A stretch of 60,584 nt of DNA, counting the filler, from Platydemus manokwari (Eukaryota): the NCBI GenBank assembly GCA_037951405.1. It is 5 parts of 5 records of this genome, joined end to end, with 100 filler letters (N's around TTAATTAATTAA, not from the genome) between each part and the next. Parts side by side here need not be neighbours in the genome. Positions count along the whole stretch, not along the records: positions 31,268 to 46,375 come from JBBMOY011346982.1; positions 46,476 to 60,584 come from JBBMOY011529189.1; 3 more parts are not named here. One strand, 5' to 3'. The notes below the pieces were generated by a model that was not told where the DNA came from, searched no databases, and saw nothing but the letters and a program-made list of their open reading frames with translations. The position numbers and the translations under genes were made by a program. Below are positions 35,431 through 50,400 of this stretch, piece by piece; the first letter of the stretch is position 1; each line of letters opens with the position of its first letter.

Positions 35431-38400
35431 AACAAATTCGTGGAAATATTCCAAACAAAATCTGAAAGTATAAGGCTTTATAAATTGAGGCTTGTAAAGG
35501 TTCATTGTGAGACATTCTTTATATCTCCACAGTTATTTAATTAAACTTGTGATTATACGGTTTTTCTCATCACCCAATAACTAGTTTCCACGAGGTCTTG
35601 CTAGCAATTATTCTACAATTTAAATCAAGCTTTATCAATTCTTATCTTTTTTTCTAAAAAACAATATACAGTTAAAATTTTCAAGTTAATTACTTTCGTT
35701 GAATTTTGACATTCACTGGAATCAAAGCTGACAGAAAATTTTCTGCGAAACATTTTTCTCAATTGAAAGCTTCTAACGAAAAACCAAATCACGCCTGAGG
35801 AGTGATTCGGTGAATGATTGAGTTATTAGTGTGTTATGGAAGTGAGAGGTTGTCTGAATCGCAATCATATCAAATAACCTGACAATGAATTTGAGTCATT
35901 AAAAGCACTGATAACGAAAATCAAAAACATGAAAACTCAATTATCAATCGAAATTAAACATGTAATGGATTTTCTCGAAGAACGTTGGCACGGAATAAAA
36001 TTGATTCGTATTGTTCATGATGTTTATTAACTTTTTAGTAAAAATTTATAGAAAAAACATTAATCCCTCACAAAACTTGAATGCCACTGCTTTTCGTCAT
36101 CTGTAATTCTTTCTGCAGATTATTTCGACTAAATTAATTTCGTACAAGTGTTTGGTTTTTTGTTGAAGAGAAATATAATTGAAAATGAAAGATTAAAGAC
36201 TGTTTTTGACAAGGCTTGGTTATAGAATTTTATCGAAAATTTTGAAATTACTTATGTGAGCGACAAAATTTTGTAAATCATTTTAATAATAAAGTAAATT
36301 TTTGAATTTTAAAGTCATAAACAATTTAAAATGTTTTTTGTTAAAAGAGAAAACATCGTTCTGTCCATGGTTCTCGAGAACTCTTTAAATGACAAAACAA
36401 AATTTTCGATAAATCAAAGTTGTTTTATCTTACTTGAAAAAGCTTTTATCTCGACTTTATTTTCGATTTTTTAATTTTCAAATGCAGTGTTTTATCTGAA
36501 GAAATACAAGACAAAGTTCAGGTGACATTGGAAATAAGGATGACACTCCTATATAAAGTTCATAAAAGTTAATTACCTTTTATTCTTTTTGCGTTTTGGG
36601 GTCACTCTCTTTTCTTGCTATTATTATTTGTTTGTTTTAATTGATTGAATCGATTCTACGACTTAATCAGTGCTCTGAGTCCGTTATTGACCCTCAGGTA
36701 GCAGTGAAACCTTATGATTATTGATGTTCTTTCGCTTCGACGATCACTTCTAACATGACGATAAGTGGATCGGCGTAGTAATCGATTTTGGTATTTTAAC
36801 TTTAACCTTATCCTACTAATTTTGATACTATTCACTTTCATTTGGACCTCACTCGTTTTTAATCAGTCTCTTTTAAATAAATCGAAAATCATTCCCAATA
36901 AAAGTAAAAGGTGATGTATGACAATGACGATCACTACTATGAAATTGTGATACCTTATAAAATTCACTAAGTCAACTCAAATTGTGGTTTTGAATTTATA
37001 TTGTGACTACAGTTATACAATTATGGGATTATAAATTACTACTTATACAATACTACTATACGATTATGGTTATGAATTACTACAATATACAATGAACGTT
37101 GGAATAATTTGACGTGCAAAATATGATGATTTTACAAACTATTACTCTTACGTGATCTTCATTTCGGAAATCGCTAGTATTATTCAATACTCTTCCTATA
37201 AGCAATATAGGGCATATGCTGGAACCACGGCTGCAGAGAAATTGTCGGGTTCGACGGCACAAAATGAACTTCTTCACTTCACGAAATCGTTCTAGTGGTT
37301 TCGATGTAATCGGGCTTTTCTCGTAACACACGATCTTCAGTAATAATAGGGCGAAGGCATATGATGTTTTACTGCCATATATATGGTTCTGATGACAATG
37401 GGGTTTTATTCGGGATGAATAAAAATATGCGGGTTGCTTTTATTCTTTATTGTGACAAATTTTCACAATTCAAAAGAATTTCCTTCTTTGCATTGGTTGC
37501 CATGCGGGTTTAATTGTTACATTTTATTTTATTGTAAGAGTAATTTCAGGAAATTCGAGAAAAATAAGGGTTTAGATAATTGTATTGTTAGTCGTTAGGT
37601 TGAAAAATGAAAATAATTTAAATATTTTCATTTTAATTGATCCTATTTTATCAATTTATTCCAAATTTATTCTAAATTTTTATCCAAATATTAACCGCAT
37701 TTAATTCTAAATTATTATCATATTAAAATATGATAAAAGGATTTTTTACTATTATTATCTTTAATCGAAATATTTAATATTTTAACTTAATATTTCAATT
37801 TACGACAAGGATTTTCTTTAAAACTGTCTTGATTAAATATTATCATTATTTAACGACCAAAGCTTTTACAATTAATTTAGAATAAAGATTATTTTGTTGT
37901 TCTTTTAACAAGAATAAAAATAAAAATGTAAGGTAAGGTAATATTTGCACATCAAATTACTTACAAAATAATAAAAAGTAATACTAATATACATCGATAC
38001 CATAACATGCATTGTTTTTATAGTCTGTATTTTCTCGGAAACCCAACAAATAAATAAATAGTAAATAAATCATTACAAATCGATGATTAATAATGATTTA
38101 TTTATAATTAAAACATGCTCATTAATCATTACAAACCGAAATCCAACAATCACAACAAAATAAAATATAAATTAACCTAATAAATAAATCTATAATAATC
38201 AATATCTTTATATCAGCAAAGTTTCCTGGTTGACCACTCAGCGATAAATGACATCATTTTCATACCTCATATTCGTCGAATAATTTCTCCTAAATTTCTC
38301 CTAACAAACCAACTTTCATTGAATAAAACTTCAAAAATGAAAATGAATTCAAGTTTGAGGCAAAACAGAATCCAGAGTTTCCGCGATTTTTCCCTTTTCG

Positions 38401-41400
38401 ATTTTAATCTGTTTTAGTTGCCTTGTGGCTGAATAATCTGCAGTTCAAATTGAAACAAATATTTGATTTTAATATTTTTATATTTTTATAGCTTTCAAAA
38501 ATTTCTTTGCATTTTTCAATCAAATCTGAGATAATATTTTCCGCAAAAAAATCAATATTGGATATAAATAACGAAATATTTTGCACAAGATATCACAATC
38601 AATAAGTTAACGATAATCATAAAATTTGTTTTTATTAAATAAGCACGATAATTAATTAAGAATTTTAATTAATTTATCCAAGTAATTCAGTCAAATAATT
38701 TTCAAACCATTTAACGATTTTTGGGGGTACTGAAATAGCCCAAAATAACAATATAAAATAATTTAATGTTTTTTTTATTCAAAAATCTAGGACCATCCTA
38801 AAATAGAAATTATAAATGCAAATATAAATATAATTTTTTAAGTCTAATAATTTAATAATTATGAAGTAAAATTACAAAAGTGTAGGAGTACAAAAATAGC
38901 ACATAGAAAATGTATTAATAAACGATAGCTAATAAACTGGATAGATAGGAAAAAAGAGAAATAACAATATAAAAAGAAAGATAAGATGACACATAACTGC
39001 ACCCATAGTTATTATGGTTAATATGATAGAATATTTTACCTGTTAAAAAATCCATAACTCATTCTGCTTGAAGCTAAGAAATTTATGTATTGGGAAACAC
39101 TCACAAACTATTGGAGGAACTCTCGACAACGTGGACAATATTACAACTATTGATTTATAGAAGCAAACAATTATTCTCCTAACCATGAAGCTATATAAAG
39201 CTGCCCTGCGAGAAAACAATACACCAGCTAGAACGAAGAAAACATTTCTGTCTTGCAACGCGATACCAGTAATTTTATTCTTTTATAACTTTTCATAATT
39301 TATAATGTCTATGTCAAATATTATGACCATTGTTATTGTGAGTGTCTTGGTCCCCGGCCAACCACTGTTTAATTGACATTTAACCTATTTCAATCGTCAA
39401 AATCTTATTTATGTAGTTGCAGAAATATCAAGTTCCAACTCTCTTCAAATCACATCGAGAACCTTGCAGCTCTCCGTACAAGAGACAACTAAATTCATTC
39501 AAGATAACAATAAACGTCCTGATCAATTCACCTGGTTATTTGTTTAGACTAATCGATAATTAACTATTGTAATTCATATTTGTGCTCATAGATTTGTTAC
39601 TTAATAGATTAATGGTATATTTTATTCTATCGAGTTTGTTTATTTATATATAAATTACCTCTATCTGAGCCTTCAGAGTCAGGCACAATTTATGTATAAG
39701 CACAGAGACGTTAAAAACCTTCTGAAATTTGAACCTAAACAGAACTAAACAAATTGTTAATTTATTTATTTTGCGATTAAAAACCTAATTTATTCTTACG
39801 TACGTACAGTATTCGAAGCTCCATATCTCTCTAATTAGCTATTCTCAATCTCCTCAATTACATACGTACCTCCTTGTTAAACTACCTACTTACATAATAC
39901 CTACAAATACCTACAAATCTGTCAATGTACTAACCTGAACCCATACATATAAAAGTACCTGTCAGTATATTTCTGAGACAGTCATTGTCAAAGAAAGCGA
40001 ATTTCATTTTTAGAAATAAAATTCAAAATATATCTCAATGAAAAGATATTTTTATGTTTTTATTAGAATTCTGAAAGTCACCAGTTATACTCACAGAAAT
40101 TATTGATTTAACAATCAATAATGGTCTCCTTTCAAGATCAGTATCATTATTGCTATTATGTAATCAGACTAACTCTTACTAAACCGTATTTAGCGTTTCC
40201 ATTTCCTTCCATGTCTCATTTCATCTATAGTCAAGGCCATTTTCATCGACTTTATTCCAAATCTTTCATTCGATTCCAACATTCTATTTCCCACGGATAC
40301 CCTAAAATTGTGGCTTTGCAATGCACAACTTCAACTTTGAAAAACCTTTTCCATTACATATTACATTGCTTATCCCGATCAGTTACCGTAATCAAATGCT
40401 CAATAAGTTCTCTAAGTAATTTGCTCAGCGCGAAAATTAAATTTGTTCACTCGAATGTAGCTGTTCTGAGGAATCACTGATTTTTAACGCCTTATGAAAA
40501 TAGTGTGAAAATCAATAATGCTGACAACATTAACTAACCCAGGAATTCAATAACAGCACAATTAACGGATTAGTTTTAAGTTCAGATCGCTTTCTAGGAA
40601 GATAAGCATTTATTAGTTTATTTTGACGTTTCTCGGTTTTCAGAACATCAGCACAATCCACAAATAAAATAAAATACAAATTGTAAATAAGTCGTATAGC
40701 CTCTTAAAAATAAAGACAAGATCGATTATTTTATTCTATGCGTTATAAAGCAGAAAACAGAATTAGTAACACACATCACTGGTAAAGAAAAATTTAAACC
40801 AAATTAGTAACATATATTGCTAATCATAAAAGGTTATTTATCAATAAAAGTGTACACGTCACTATATTTTAGTACTCGATAATACACACATGTGTGCATT
40901 GATTATTGAATATCGAAGTGTTTATCCTGAATCTACTAGAATTGTCAAAATTTGTATTAATCGAAAGGAATTTTAAGAAATTCACGATTTAACAAAATCT
41001 ATTTTTCCAATAATAAATTTTCAATCCAATCTAATATATTGAATATTTATTAGATATTTATTCAAATACATAATCGATGAAATTCAGTAATATCCAATAA
41101 TTCTATAATTAAGTGTATTAATATTGAGTTTATTCCATCAATAATGGATCGATCAATTTACAAGCCATATCGAAATGAGATAATAATTAATCGAATTCAA
41201 ATTGGTTGGGAATTTAATTTTCGTTTTCCGTGGATTATTCGGTTGAATAACAGGATCGAAATTTGTAAATATGAGAAAAGAATACACATCTTAATGATAA
41301 TAATTCTCAATGAAGATTAAGAAAAATAATTATAGTGGATTGATTATATCAATTTCACTAGAGAATCAGGAAATTATATATATATATATATATATATAGT

Positions 41401-42123
41401 TACTATTTTTGGTAATTTTAATTTTCATCCAATAGTTTATAATAACTTCCGTTATAATTATAATTTATTATTCTTGTTATTTTCAACACATTCGATATTA
41501 TTCTTTTACTCCTCAAGGAGATTGTGGGTAATACTTCTTTACCCAACGCTGTATTCCATTCAATTCAATATACCCAGTTTATTTTCTCGAAGCTACCAAC
41601 ACAACTAATAATCTTCATCGATCCTTTTTGTCGTTTAATGTAACGTCACTGTCGTCACAGAATTAATCAATAGATCTGTTACAAAATCATTTCGAATAAT
41701 CTTTGAAACAAAAATTAAACTCAAGAATTATTTAGTTTCAATTGATACACTTAGAGCTATATAGTAATCATCGATTGTCGTTGCCTTTCTAATCCCATGT
41801 GCATCATTGTCTTCCGATTAACGTCTCAAATTTTAAACGGCGGTCTTCTTTGATCGAAATAATCCAATTGTCAAAGTGAATTCACAAACTGAATCCACAC
41901 AAGAAATTGACAAAAGATTTTTTGCAAAATTCATAAATAAAAATTTTCATTTGTAGTTAAAACCTTAAAATTTGATTCAACATAATTTGATCTGAGGGAT
42001 TAATTGGTTTCTTATTTAATACTAGATAAGATACCCTATCACAAACAGATTATATGTGCCTTTACATACTAATTATACCAACACAAAGATTTATTTAAAA
42101 TTTTGCAATCTTATTATTATTGT

Positions 42124-44877
42124 AGTAAAAACAACGGTTGTTTCTATAAAAATTTCCTGTTTTAAAAGTCACACGCGTTTTTCGGAATATTTAAACAAAT
42201 CTAAGATTTATTTAACTTCCCTTTTCCGTTGTTTTTGAGATCTTTTTTAGCTACTCTATTTCTCTGATGTCAACGTTGTTATTACCATGCCTGGGACGAA
42301 CCCAATAATACTTTCGGCTAAGCCATTTGCCTGATGTTGATATGAAGAGATAAATGCTTGCTTTATTCCAAAACAAGTCGGGAATTCCTTCGTTTTTCTT
42401 CCACCGAAGATATTTCCCCAATCAGTGAGCATTGATTTTGGAACACCAAACCTAAGGATATAGTTATCAATTGAAAAGACTTGAAATTGAATAGACTTGA
42501 AAAAACTGAACTTTTCTCACACTCTGTAGTCCGCTCCAATTTCTTGTCACTTCCAGACAACATCGCATTTAACGGAGCAGTAATTATTGCATAGCCTTTG
42601 ATAAATCGTTTGTAAAAATTTACATAATCCTAGGAACGACATCAAATAAGTGATGCAACCGAGTTTGATTGTCTCATTAATCTTCTTTACTTTGTCGTTA
42701 TTAATTTCTATACCTTCAACCCAAACCGTATGACCAGGAAATTCAATTTTCTAGTCCTAAAAGCACATTCTTCAGGATTGATTTTCAAACCTGAATACCT
42801 TTTCGAGTTTCTCATTCTGTTCATCTACTATTCTTCTATACACTAAAATATAGTACAGATAGAAAAGAACGCTCTTATAAATTGAATCCATGAACGTCGT
42901 ATTCATTAGATTCTGAAACGTTGCTGGTGCGGTACATATTCCAAAAGATAGTCTATTAAAACAGAACTGTCTATTTCTAACGCAGAATGCCCTTCTAACT
43001 TAAAATCGTCCTCAAGTTTGACCCGATAATATTCTTGGCCTAAACCTATCGTGCAGAAAACTGTCACATCACACATCCTAATAGATTCATTTTTCTTTGA
43101 AACCACAACCAAAGAAGAATTCCAAGTAGCATAGGCTACTACTCTCTCTTTTCCAGTATCATTCAACTGGCTAGAGCACCTAAATGGCCCCGAAACGGCC
43201 TTCTGGGTGTTTTGTCGATAGCTTCCCCTTTTGTATGAATCTCGTGATTCAACAAATCTCTTAATCTAACCGAGACTCCATAAAAATGAAGCCATTTTCT
43301 TTTATAAACCTATTCAGTGAAATATCATTCTTGTCAGCAATACTCGTAAGTGCCTTTTAAATTCTGTCTTGATCTCTGTATTTCTTTCGCAAGTCCTTGG
43401 CATTAATTGTTTCTATCCCTGCAAGGAATATTCCACAAGTCTTCATCATATCAACTCCCCCATAAATCCCGGTGAAATTTCTTTTACTACAATGATTCCC
43501 TTGACTAAAATTTTGTTGTTCCAAAACTATTAGAATTCGTATTTTAACAAGACACGATCTGTGTGTATTGGACAGTCAATCGAACATTAAAACTTTAAAT
43601 TTGCAGCACTCCAATTGCTATCATTCATTATTGTTATCGATTCGCTACGAATCCCATAATATTTCAATATGTGCACTGTTGCAAAAATTTTTACTTCACT
43701 ATCTACCATCTGCTTTCTAATACATCAATGAGTGCTTCCTCTTCATCTTGCTGCTTCTCTTCTTTATTTCCGTTCTATCCCTACTTGATATTTATATTAC
43801 TAACTTTACCAGACTGATGAGATAGCATGCCAGTTTTTTTCATATTGTCGTTTTGAATATAGGTATGGTATTTTCCTTAAACTATTATAACTAGGTTTTC
43901 TGGCTAAATTATATTCTCCGAACGGATGTTCTTCTTATCCGTATATTTAAACTTCCGCTGTCCGACCTCACCACAGCAAAAGCATGCCTCTGGTTTTAAA
44001 TAATCATCATGACGTGTGGGTTTTCCTCTACAATCGTTGCAAAATTTACATGTAATAGCCTCCATTGCTCTTTTTGGTCTCGTATTGTTTAGAGATTCCA
44101 TGTGATTGACTTGTGCAAGATTATACTCCTTTACCCCTAAATCTTTTTCCTGCATGATTGAGATTGGCTTTTTGAAAGAAGTCTCCATTTGAAAGGTTTT
44201 CTTGGGTTACATTCGAATACCAACTGAGCATATCTTTTCTTGATGAAGTTTATCAACTTCGTCAGAGTTAATTTCTCTAAATTGACAATTGTATATTTCA
44301 AGGTAGAGAGTAAAAGACTCTTTCATTTTCTTGCTATTTAGACCTTGCAGAATAAATGGTCTTAAAATCTCTTCCAATGTGTTTTCCTTGTCCAATACAT
44401 CTATCACTAATTTCTTTATCCGAGGTTTAAAACTTTTCATCTAGTTTGTGCCGCATTGTTGCCAAATTCTGGACCTTGTCGTACACTGTTTTGACATGTG
44501 AGAAAGTTTCCGAAAACCAATTCTCAATCTCTTCATTTGAAAGAGCTTCTTCAAATCTACTGAATTCTTGTCACAGTTGTTTGGGTCATCTCACGATAGT
44601 TCCATTTAATAAAATGTGACGAAATCTTCGGTTATGTGGAATCATTTTTCAGCATCTTGAATTGATGCATCGAAGAACGACCGCTTCGGAATCAAAAACT
44701 CCTGATCTTTTTGGCTCAAATTCGAAAATTCTTTGTGCCTCTCGTCTCGTTTAGCTCTCGTAAGATCGATTATTTCGGGTTGGTCGCCAAGAAAAACATC
44801 GTTTTTTGAATCAAAATTTATTGTTTCAAAAGTAACACGATTGTTTTCGAATATTTTTCGAATAGATTTATCTAACT
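42124..44877 (-). mobile_element. Ty3/gypsy element (copy 2), both ends intact, heavily deleted internally
   Basis: 5' LTR 44789-44877, PBS TGGCGACCA (44789-44781), gag with CFCCGEVG knuckle relic, PR/RT/RNaseH/integrase fragments, PPT 42218-42227, 3' LTR 42124-42217. 5-bp TSD ATTGT at 42119-42123 and 44878-44882. Confidence 0.92.
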
Positions 44878-44932
44878 ATTGTTATAAGTATTATCATTAT
44901 CATTGTGATGATGATTATTACTATTGTTATTA

Positions 44933-45072
44933 NNNNNNNNNNNNNNNNNNNNNNNNNNNNNNNNNNNNNNNNNNNNNNNNNNNNNNNNNNNNNNNNNNNN
45001 NNNNNNNNNNNNNNNNNNNNNNNNNNNNNNNNNNNNNNNNNNNNNNNNNNNNNNNNNNNNNNNNNNNNNNNN
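44933..45072. other. Assembly gap (plain N run)
   Basis: 140 N with no linker. Confidence 0.97.
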
Positions 45073-46375
45073 TGTTCTTTGCTGACATCCTCTTCTCATG
45101 TAATTATATATGATATTAAACCATCCAGTATGATTCATTGTTAAACATGGTTGATATGCACAGTTGATAAAATATTAGTGCCAGCAGAGATACATGAAAT
45201 CTTTCATTTCCAGTCAAGTCCTTTCTCTTCAATCTGCGTTATTAATTAATCCATATTAATTGAAAATATCCAAATAAAATTGATTCTAAATATCTTTGAC
45301 TCCTATTAAGAATAACCTTGAAAATATTCTGTACACACTAATGTCAGGACTTACATCTTCTCCAATAAGCTATTTGAACTGACCTGTTAATTTTAAATCA
45401 AAAAATGTCATTTTATTGATTTTCTGCTATTGAACTTTTAAATTTATCGAATAAAAACAATTTTTTAATCTAGTTGATACAATTATTTCTCAAACATTTA
45501 AATTTGAAATTATTTTGTTGTCATGTTAAATTTTCTCTTTAGAAATTATAACGCTTAGAACAAATAAGTTTTAAAATTCCGAGAGTTAATAAAATAAATC
45601 GTTAAATGTTCTTTTTAGAAAATAAACGTGATTGGTGTTGATCGAAATTTTCTGATACTGTTTAAAGGATTTTTAAACAAATTCTACTGACGCAATCACT
45701 AGTAGAAACCATTAAAAAAAATATTATATTTCATCGCTATAGAAAGCTAAAAAACATAACACGCATGATTTGCAAACGGAATTTTAAAATTCGACGAAAA
45801 AAATCGTCAACCAAAAATTAATCAAACCAAATCGATTGATGCCTTAGTAGTTCAAAGGAACAATTTCGCCCTTTAACCGATTAATGGCTTGATAAGGATT
45901 TTGTTTCAACGAAATCCTTGTTGACCGATTAAAAATCCTTCAACGAAAGAAATAAATATTTTTTTGTAAAAGCAAATTGAAAAAATTGAAAATCGTTTAC
46001 AAATAAATAACAGAAAATTTTCCAGACGGTTAATAATTGTGGATTAAAACGAGTGGGAAAAGAAATTATTGATGGAAAACTACTGAAAACAATTTGAGAC
46101 GAGATCAATTTGGTAATTTTCCTCCGTGTTTGAGACGAACTTCAATTGTATAACAGAAAATAGATTGAGACTCAAACATGAAATTTCTTTGATGCGATAT
46201 TCGAAAACAATGTGTAATATGGTTAGAAAATTTTCTGTTTTATTCCAACAATAAAGATAAACGAAAAAAAAATAATTAAACAAAGCAGCTTTTAAACAAT
46301 AATCGAGCTTATAATGTTATTAGACCAATATTGTCCACTCCATGAATTATAATTCATATTAAATAAGGATATAGA

Positions 46376-46475
46376 NNNNNNNNNNNNNNNNNNNNNNNNN
46401 NNNNNNNNNNNNNNNNNNNTTAATTAATTAANNNNNNNNNNNNNNNNNNNNNNNNNNNNNNNNNNNNNNNNNNNN
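46376..46475. other. Assembly gap with artificial TTAATTAATTAA linker
   Basis: Linker at 46420-46431. Confidence 0.97.
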
Positions 46476-46640
46476 TATTATTATTATTATTATTAATATT
46501 ATTATTATTATTATTATTATTATTGTTATTGTTATTATTATTATTTATTAATATTATTATTAATATATATTTATTATTATCATTATTTATTAATATTAAT
46601 ATTAATATTATTATTATTGTTATCATATTATTATTATTAT
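46476..46640 (+). repeat. Degenerate (ATT)n microsatellite
   Basis: TAT/ATT runs abutting the gap. Confidence 0.92.
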
Positions 46641-47437
46641 TAAAAATTGATATTGTTGTTATCCAACATGCTCATTTATCATGATATTTCATGTCACAAT
46701 ATCAGATGAAAGTCGACATTTCAATATTTCTCAGACTTCACTTCTTACATTTCTCATCATTGCACCATGCCCGTCATTGATTAATTTGTTTTCTTTTCTC
46801 AAAATCGATAATGGGAAAATAATAGAAAATCATTATTTTAAAAATCCAAAATAACAAGTCGACTGAAGAATAAAAATTTTAATTTAATAATATAACGACC
46901 AAACATCATCAGAAAACCGATCCAATAAATTGCATGTGAAAAATTTGAAATTCTAATTTGAAAACTTGATCATCATTTCCTTTAATTTCAATCAGATTTC
47001 GACAAGCAAAGTTGAATTCTGATGGAATGTTGAAATAAATGGACAGGAATAAAGTAAATTTTTCATCTTCACACATTAAAATTGTTGCACGGTTTCGACT
47101 GGCTAATATGATGGGTTAATTATTATTTTTTTTTATTAATTTCTCAAACACGAACAGTATATCGATGCAAATATATTTGTTGATGGAGTTGTCAATTTTT
47201 ACATGGAAATCATCCTCATTCGACAGACAATTGAATTAGTTGAAATATGATGGAGACAACAGATTTTAAGTTTATTATTATTTAATCAATCATTACGAAA
47301 AATAGAAAGAGAAAATCAATAATTTGAAACAATTCATGAATAATAACAAAAGAAGTAATAATAACGATGATGATAATAGCAATAACAATAATATTTATAA
47401 CAATAGTAATAATAATAATGATAATAATAATAGTATC

Positions 47438-50400
47438 AGTAAGAGCATGAGTTGCTTCCATTACAATTTATTTATTTAAAAATCACACTCGTTTGTTTTC
47501 AATTTTAAAACAAATCTCATTTTTTCTCTAACTTCCTTCTCCCGTTGTTTTTGAGATCCTTTATTAGCCACTCAACTCTTCGAGGTATTAGCTCTCCCTG
47601 GAAATTAAGAAGTATTTGATGTGGGTTTAAAAAATTCAAAATTCTGTGAGGATCTTCATAAAGATCTCCTTTCTTCTTTTCTTATGTGGTTCTTTTTATA
47701 CTAAAACTTCTTCTCCAACTGTGAAAATTCTACAACCTCTTTTTTGAGCATCGAATATCCTTAATTTTGTGGCTACCGATTTTAGCTGGTTTTCAGTTTT
47801 CTTGATGATCCGGTCGTGATGGTTTGGTTCATTTAGTCGCAACCCATGTATATTAATTCTTCGTTCAAACAATATTTCAAAAGGAGAATGTTGAATTGAA
47901 CTCTGATATGTTGCATTGATGATAAATTCTATCCGACGTATTAATTTATCCCAAGTCCGTATCTCTGATGCCATGGTTGTTACCACCATGTCTCGAAATG
48001 TCCTAATCATCCTATACGCTTAGCCATTTACCTAATGTTGGTATGGAGAGGTAAATTCTTGTTTTATTCCAAAACACATCGCTAATTCCTTCATTTACCT
48101 TCCTTTGAAGACTATACCTCGATCATTGAGCATTGACTATAAAGCACCATATCTATAGATTCATTTATCGATGATGAACTTGGAAATACTTACTGAAACT
48201 ATCTACAATAACCAACAAATATCTGGTTCTAGTCATAAATTCCCCAAAGTGCGCAACATTAACAACGATCTCTTCGAGAGGACCAAACTCTTTCCCGGGA
48301 ATCATAATTACTTTAGTCCGCCTAGTGTATACTTTCCGTTTAGCACAAATACTTTAATTCCGTTCAGTTTCTGTTTCGCTTAACCATTTTCGGAATGGAA
48401 CCAATGACAGTATCTTCTTTTTGAATCTTTCTTAGTTCATCATAATTTGCAAATGTATACGCGACAACATTAATAAACCGAATTTTTGGTTTACCTTTTT
48501 TAGCTCCCTGGTGCTGAGTTAAGCACTGTGGATAAAATGCTTTGACTATCCTTGAGAATCCATCTGCATTTTCATGATCTGATTCTTTTTCAATATTGCA
48601 GTTCGAAATTGAATCCGGATAAGTTTGCAAACCATGTTTGAAACTGAGGGTTAATGGGTTTGTTAAATTTCTACATGTATGTCAAGACTTTGTGATCGGT
48701 GCTTGTCACAAATTCATTTCACAACAGATATTTAAAATGCATAGTAAACTCGTGGATTGCCAAAAACCATTTCCTCGTAACCCAATAACCTTTTTCATGA
48801 CTGTTAAGAGTTCTAGAGTTATAGGCTTCTACTCTTTCTTTTCCATTGTCTTTCAGCCGGCTCAGAACGCCCCCAATCGCTCCGAAACTAGTGACGGTGT
48901 CTAAAATCATGTCTTTGTTTGGATCCTTAAAGACCAAAATCGGAGCTTTGCATAATTATTCCTTAAGTTTTCTAAAACTTTCTCACACTATAGTACTCCA
49001 CTCCAATTTCTTGTCACTTCCAGCCATCATCGCATATAACGGAGCAGTAATTAATGTGGAGTCCTTAATAAATCTTTTGTAATAAATGCATTATCCTAAG
49101 AACGAGCTCAACTGAGTGATACAACCAGGTTAATTGCTTCATTAATCTTCTTTACTTTGTCGTTAATAGTTTCTATACCTTCTGCCCTGACCGTATGACA
49201 GCATGATAATATGCTTGACATACTCAAAAATGAAGTCTGTTAAAACAGAACTGTCCAGTTATAGTGTTTAACGCTGTTTACATTTTAGAATCTTCCTCAA
49301 GTTCGACCGATAATATGCTTGGCCTAAATCTATCGTGGAGAAAACTATTGCTCCATACACTGAGTCCAATAAAGTTTGGATATCAGGTACCGGAAAAGAA
49401 AACTTCTCAGTCTGTTCGTTTAATTTTCTGAAGTCTAAACACATTTTGATCTATCCATCTTTCTTAGGAACCACAAACAGAGGAGAGTTCCAAGGGCTCT
49501 TGCAAGGCGTTATGACATTACTTTCGAGAAGATTTTCTATCAATTCTTGAATTTTGATTTCTAAATTTATTGGATACCCTTTTGTACGGATCTCGTGCTT
49601 CATCAGATCTGTTAATCCCAACCGAAAAGTCATAAAAATTGATCCATATTTTTATACACCTATTCAATGAAATATAGTTCTTATCAGCAATACTCTTCAG
49701 TGCCATTTCGATTTTGTCTTGGTCGCTGTATTTCTTCCCCACGTCCTTGGCCTCGATTGGTTTTATCCCTGCAAGGAATATTCCACAAGTCATCATTATA
49801 TCAACGTCTCCAATAATCCTAATGAAATTTTTTTTACTATAATGATCTCCTTTACTAGAATTTTGTTGTTACAAACTATTGGGATACTTATTTTCCCTAA
49901 ACACGATTTGTGTGTATTGGCGAATACACCAACCAATCGAACATCTGAAATTTTAATATGTGGCTCTCCAATTGCTCTCATTCATTACTGTTATTGATGC
50001 ACCAGGATCCCTTAACATTTCAATATGTGTTCCGTTGTACTCAATTTTACTGCACGGTCAACCATCTGCTTTCTGATACATCTGTGAATGCTTCTTTTTT
50101 CTTTTGCCGTCTTCCTTCTTTACTTCTATTCTATCTCTTGCTGATCTATGTCCTATTGACTCAACCATACAGACGAGATAGGCAAAGGAGGTTGATTCCA
50201 GTTTTTTTTGTATTCCACTTTCAGTTTGAATATCGGCTTTATCTTCTTCGTCATGGATGCACAGTATTCTCCTCAGACTATTATAATTAGGCTTTCTGGC
50301 TAAATGACATTCTCTGAACGAGTGTCTTTCTTTTCCTCATATCAAACATTTATTCCGCAATGGTCATTAAAACCTCCTGTGTCCAAGCTCACCACAGCAA

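Noticed and set aside
38731-39990. Additional LTR-like blocks (also 20540-20940, 36500-37521, 41480-41900)
   Set aside because: TATA- and polyA-like signals are present, but termini and TSDs could not be defined.
44733-46626. ORF-track entries with X runs or poly-N/poly-I
   Set aside because: Artefacts of N gaps and microsatellites.
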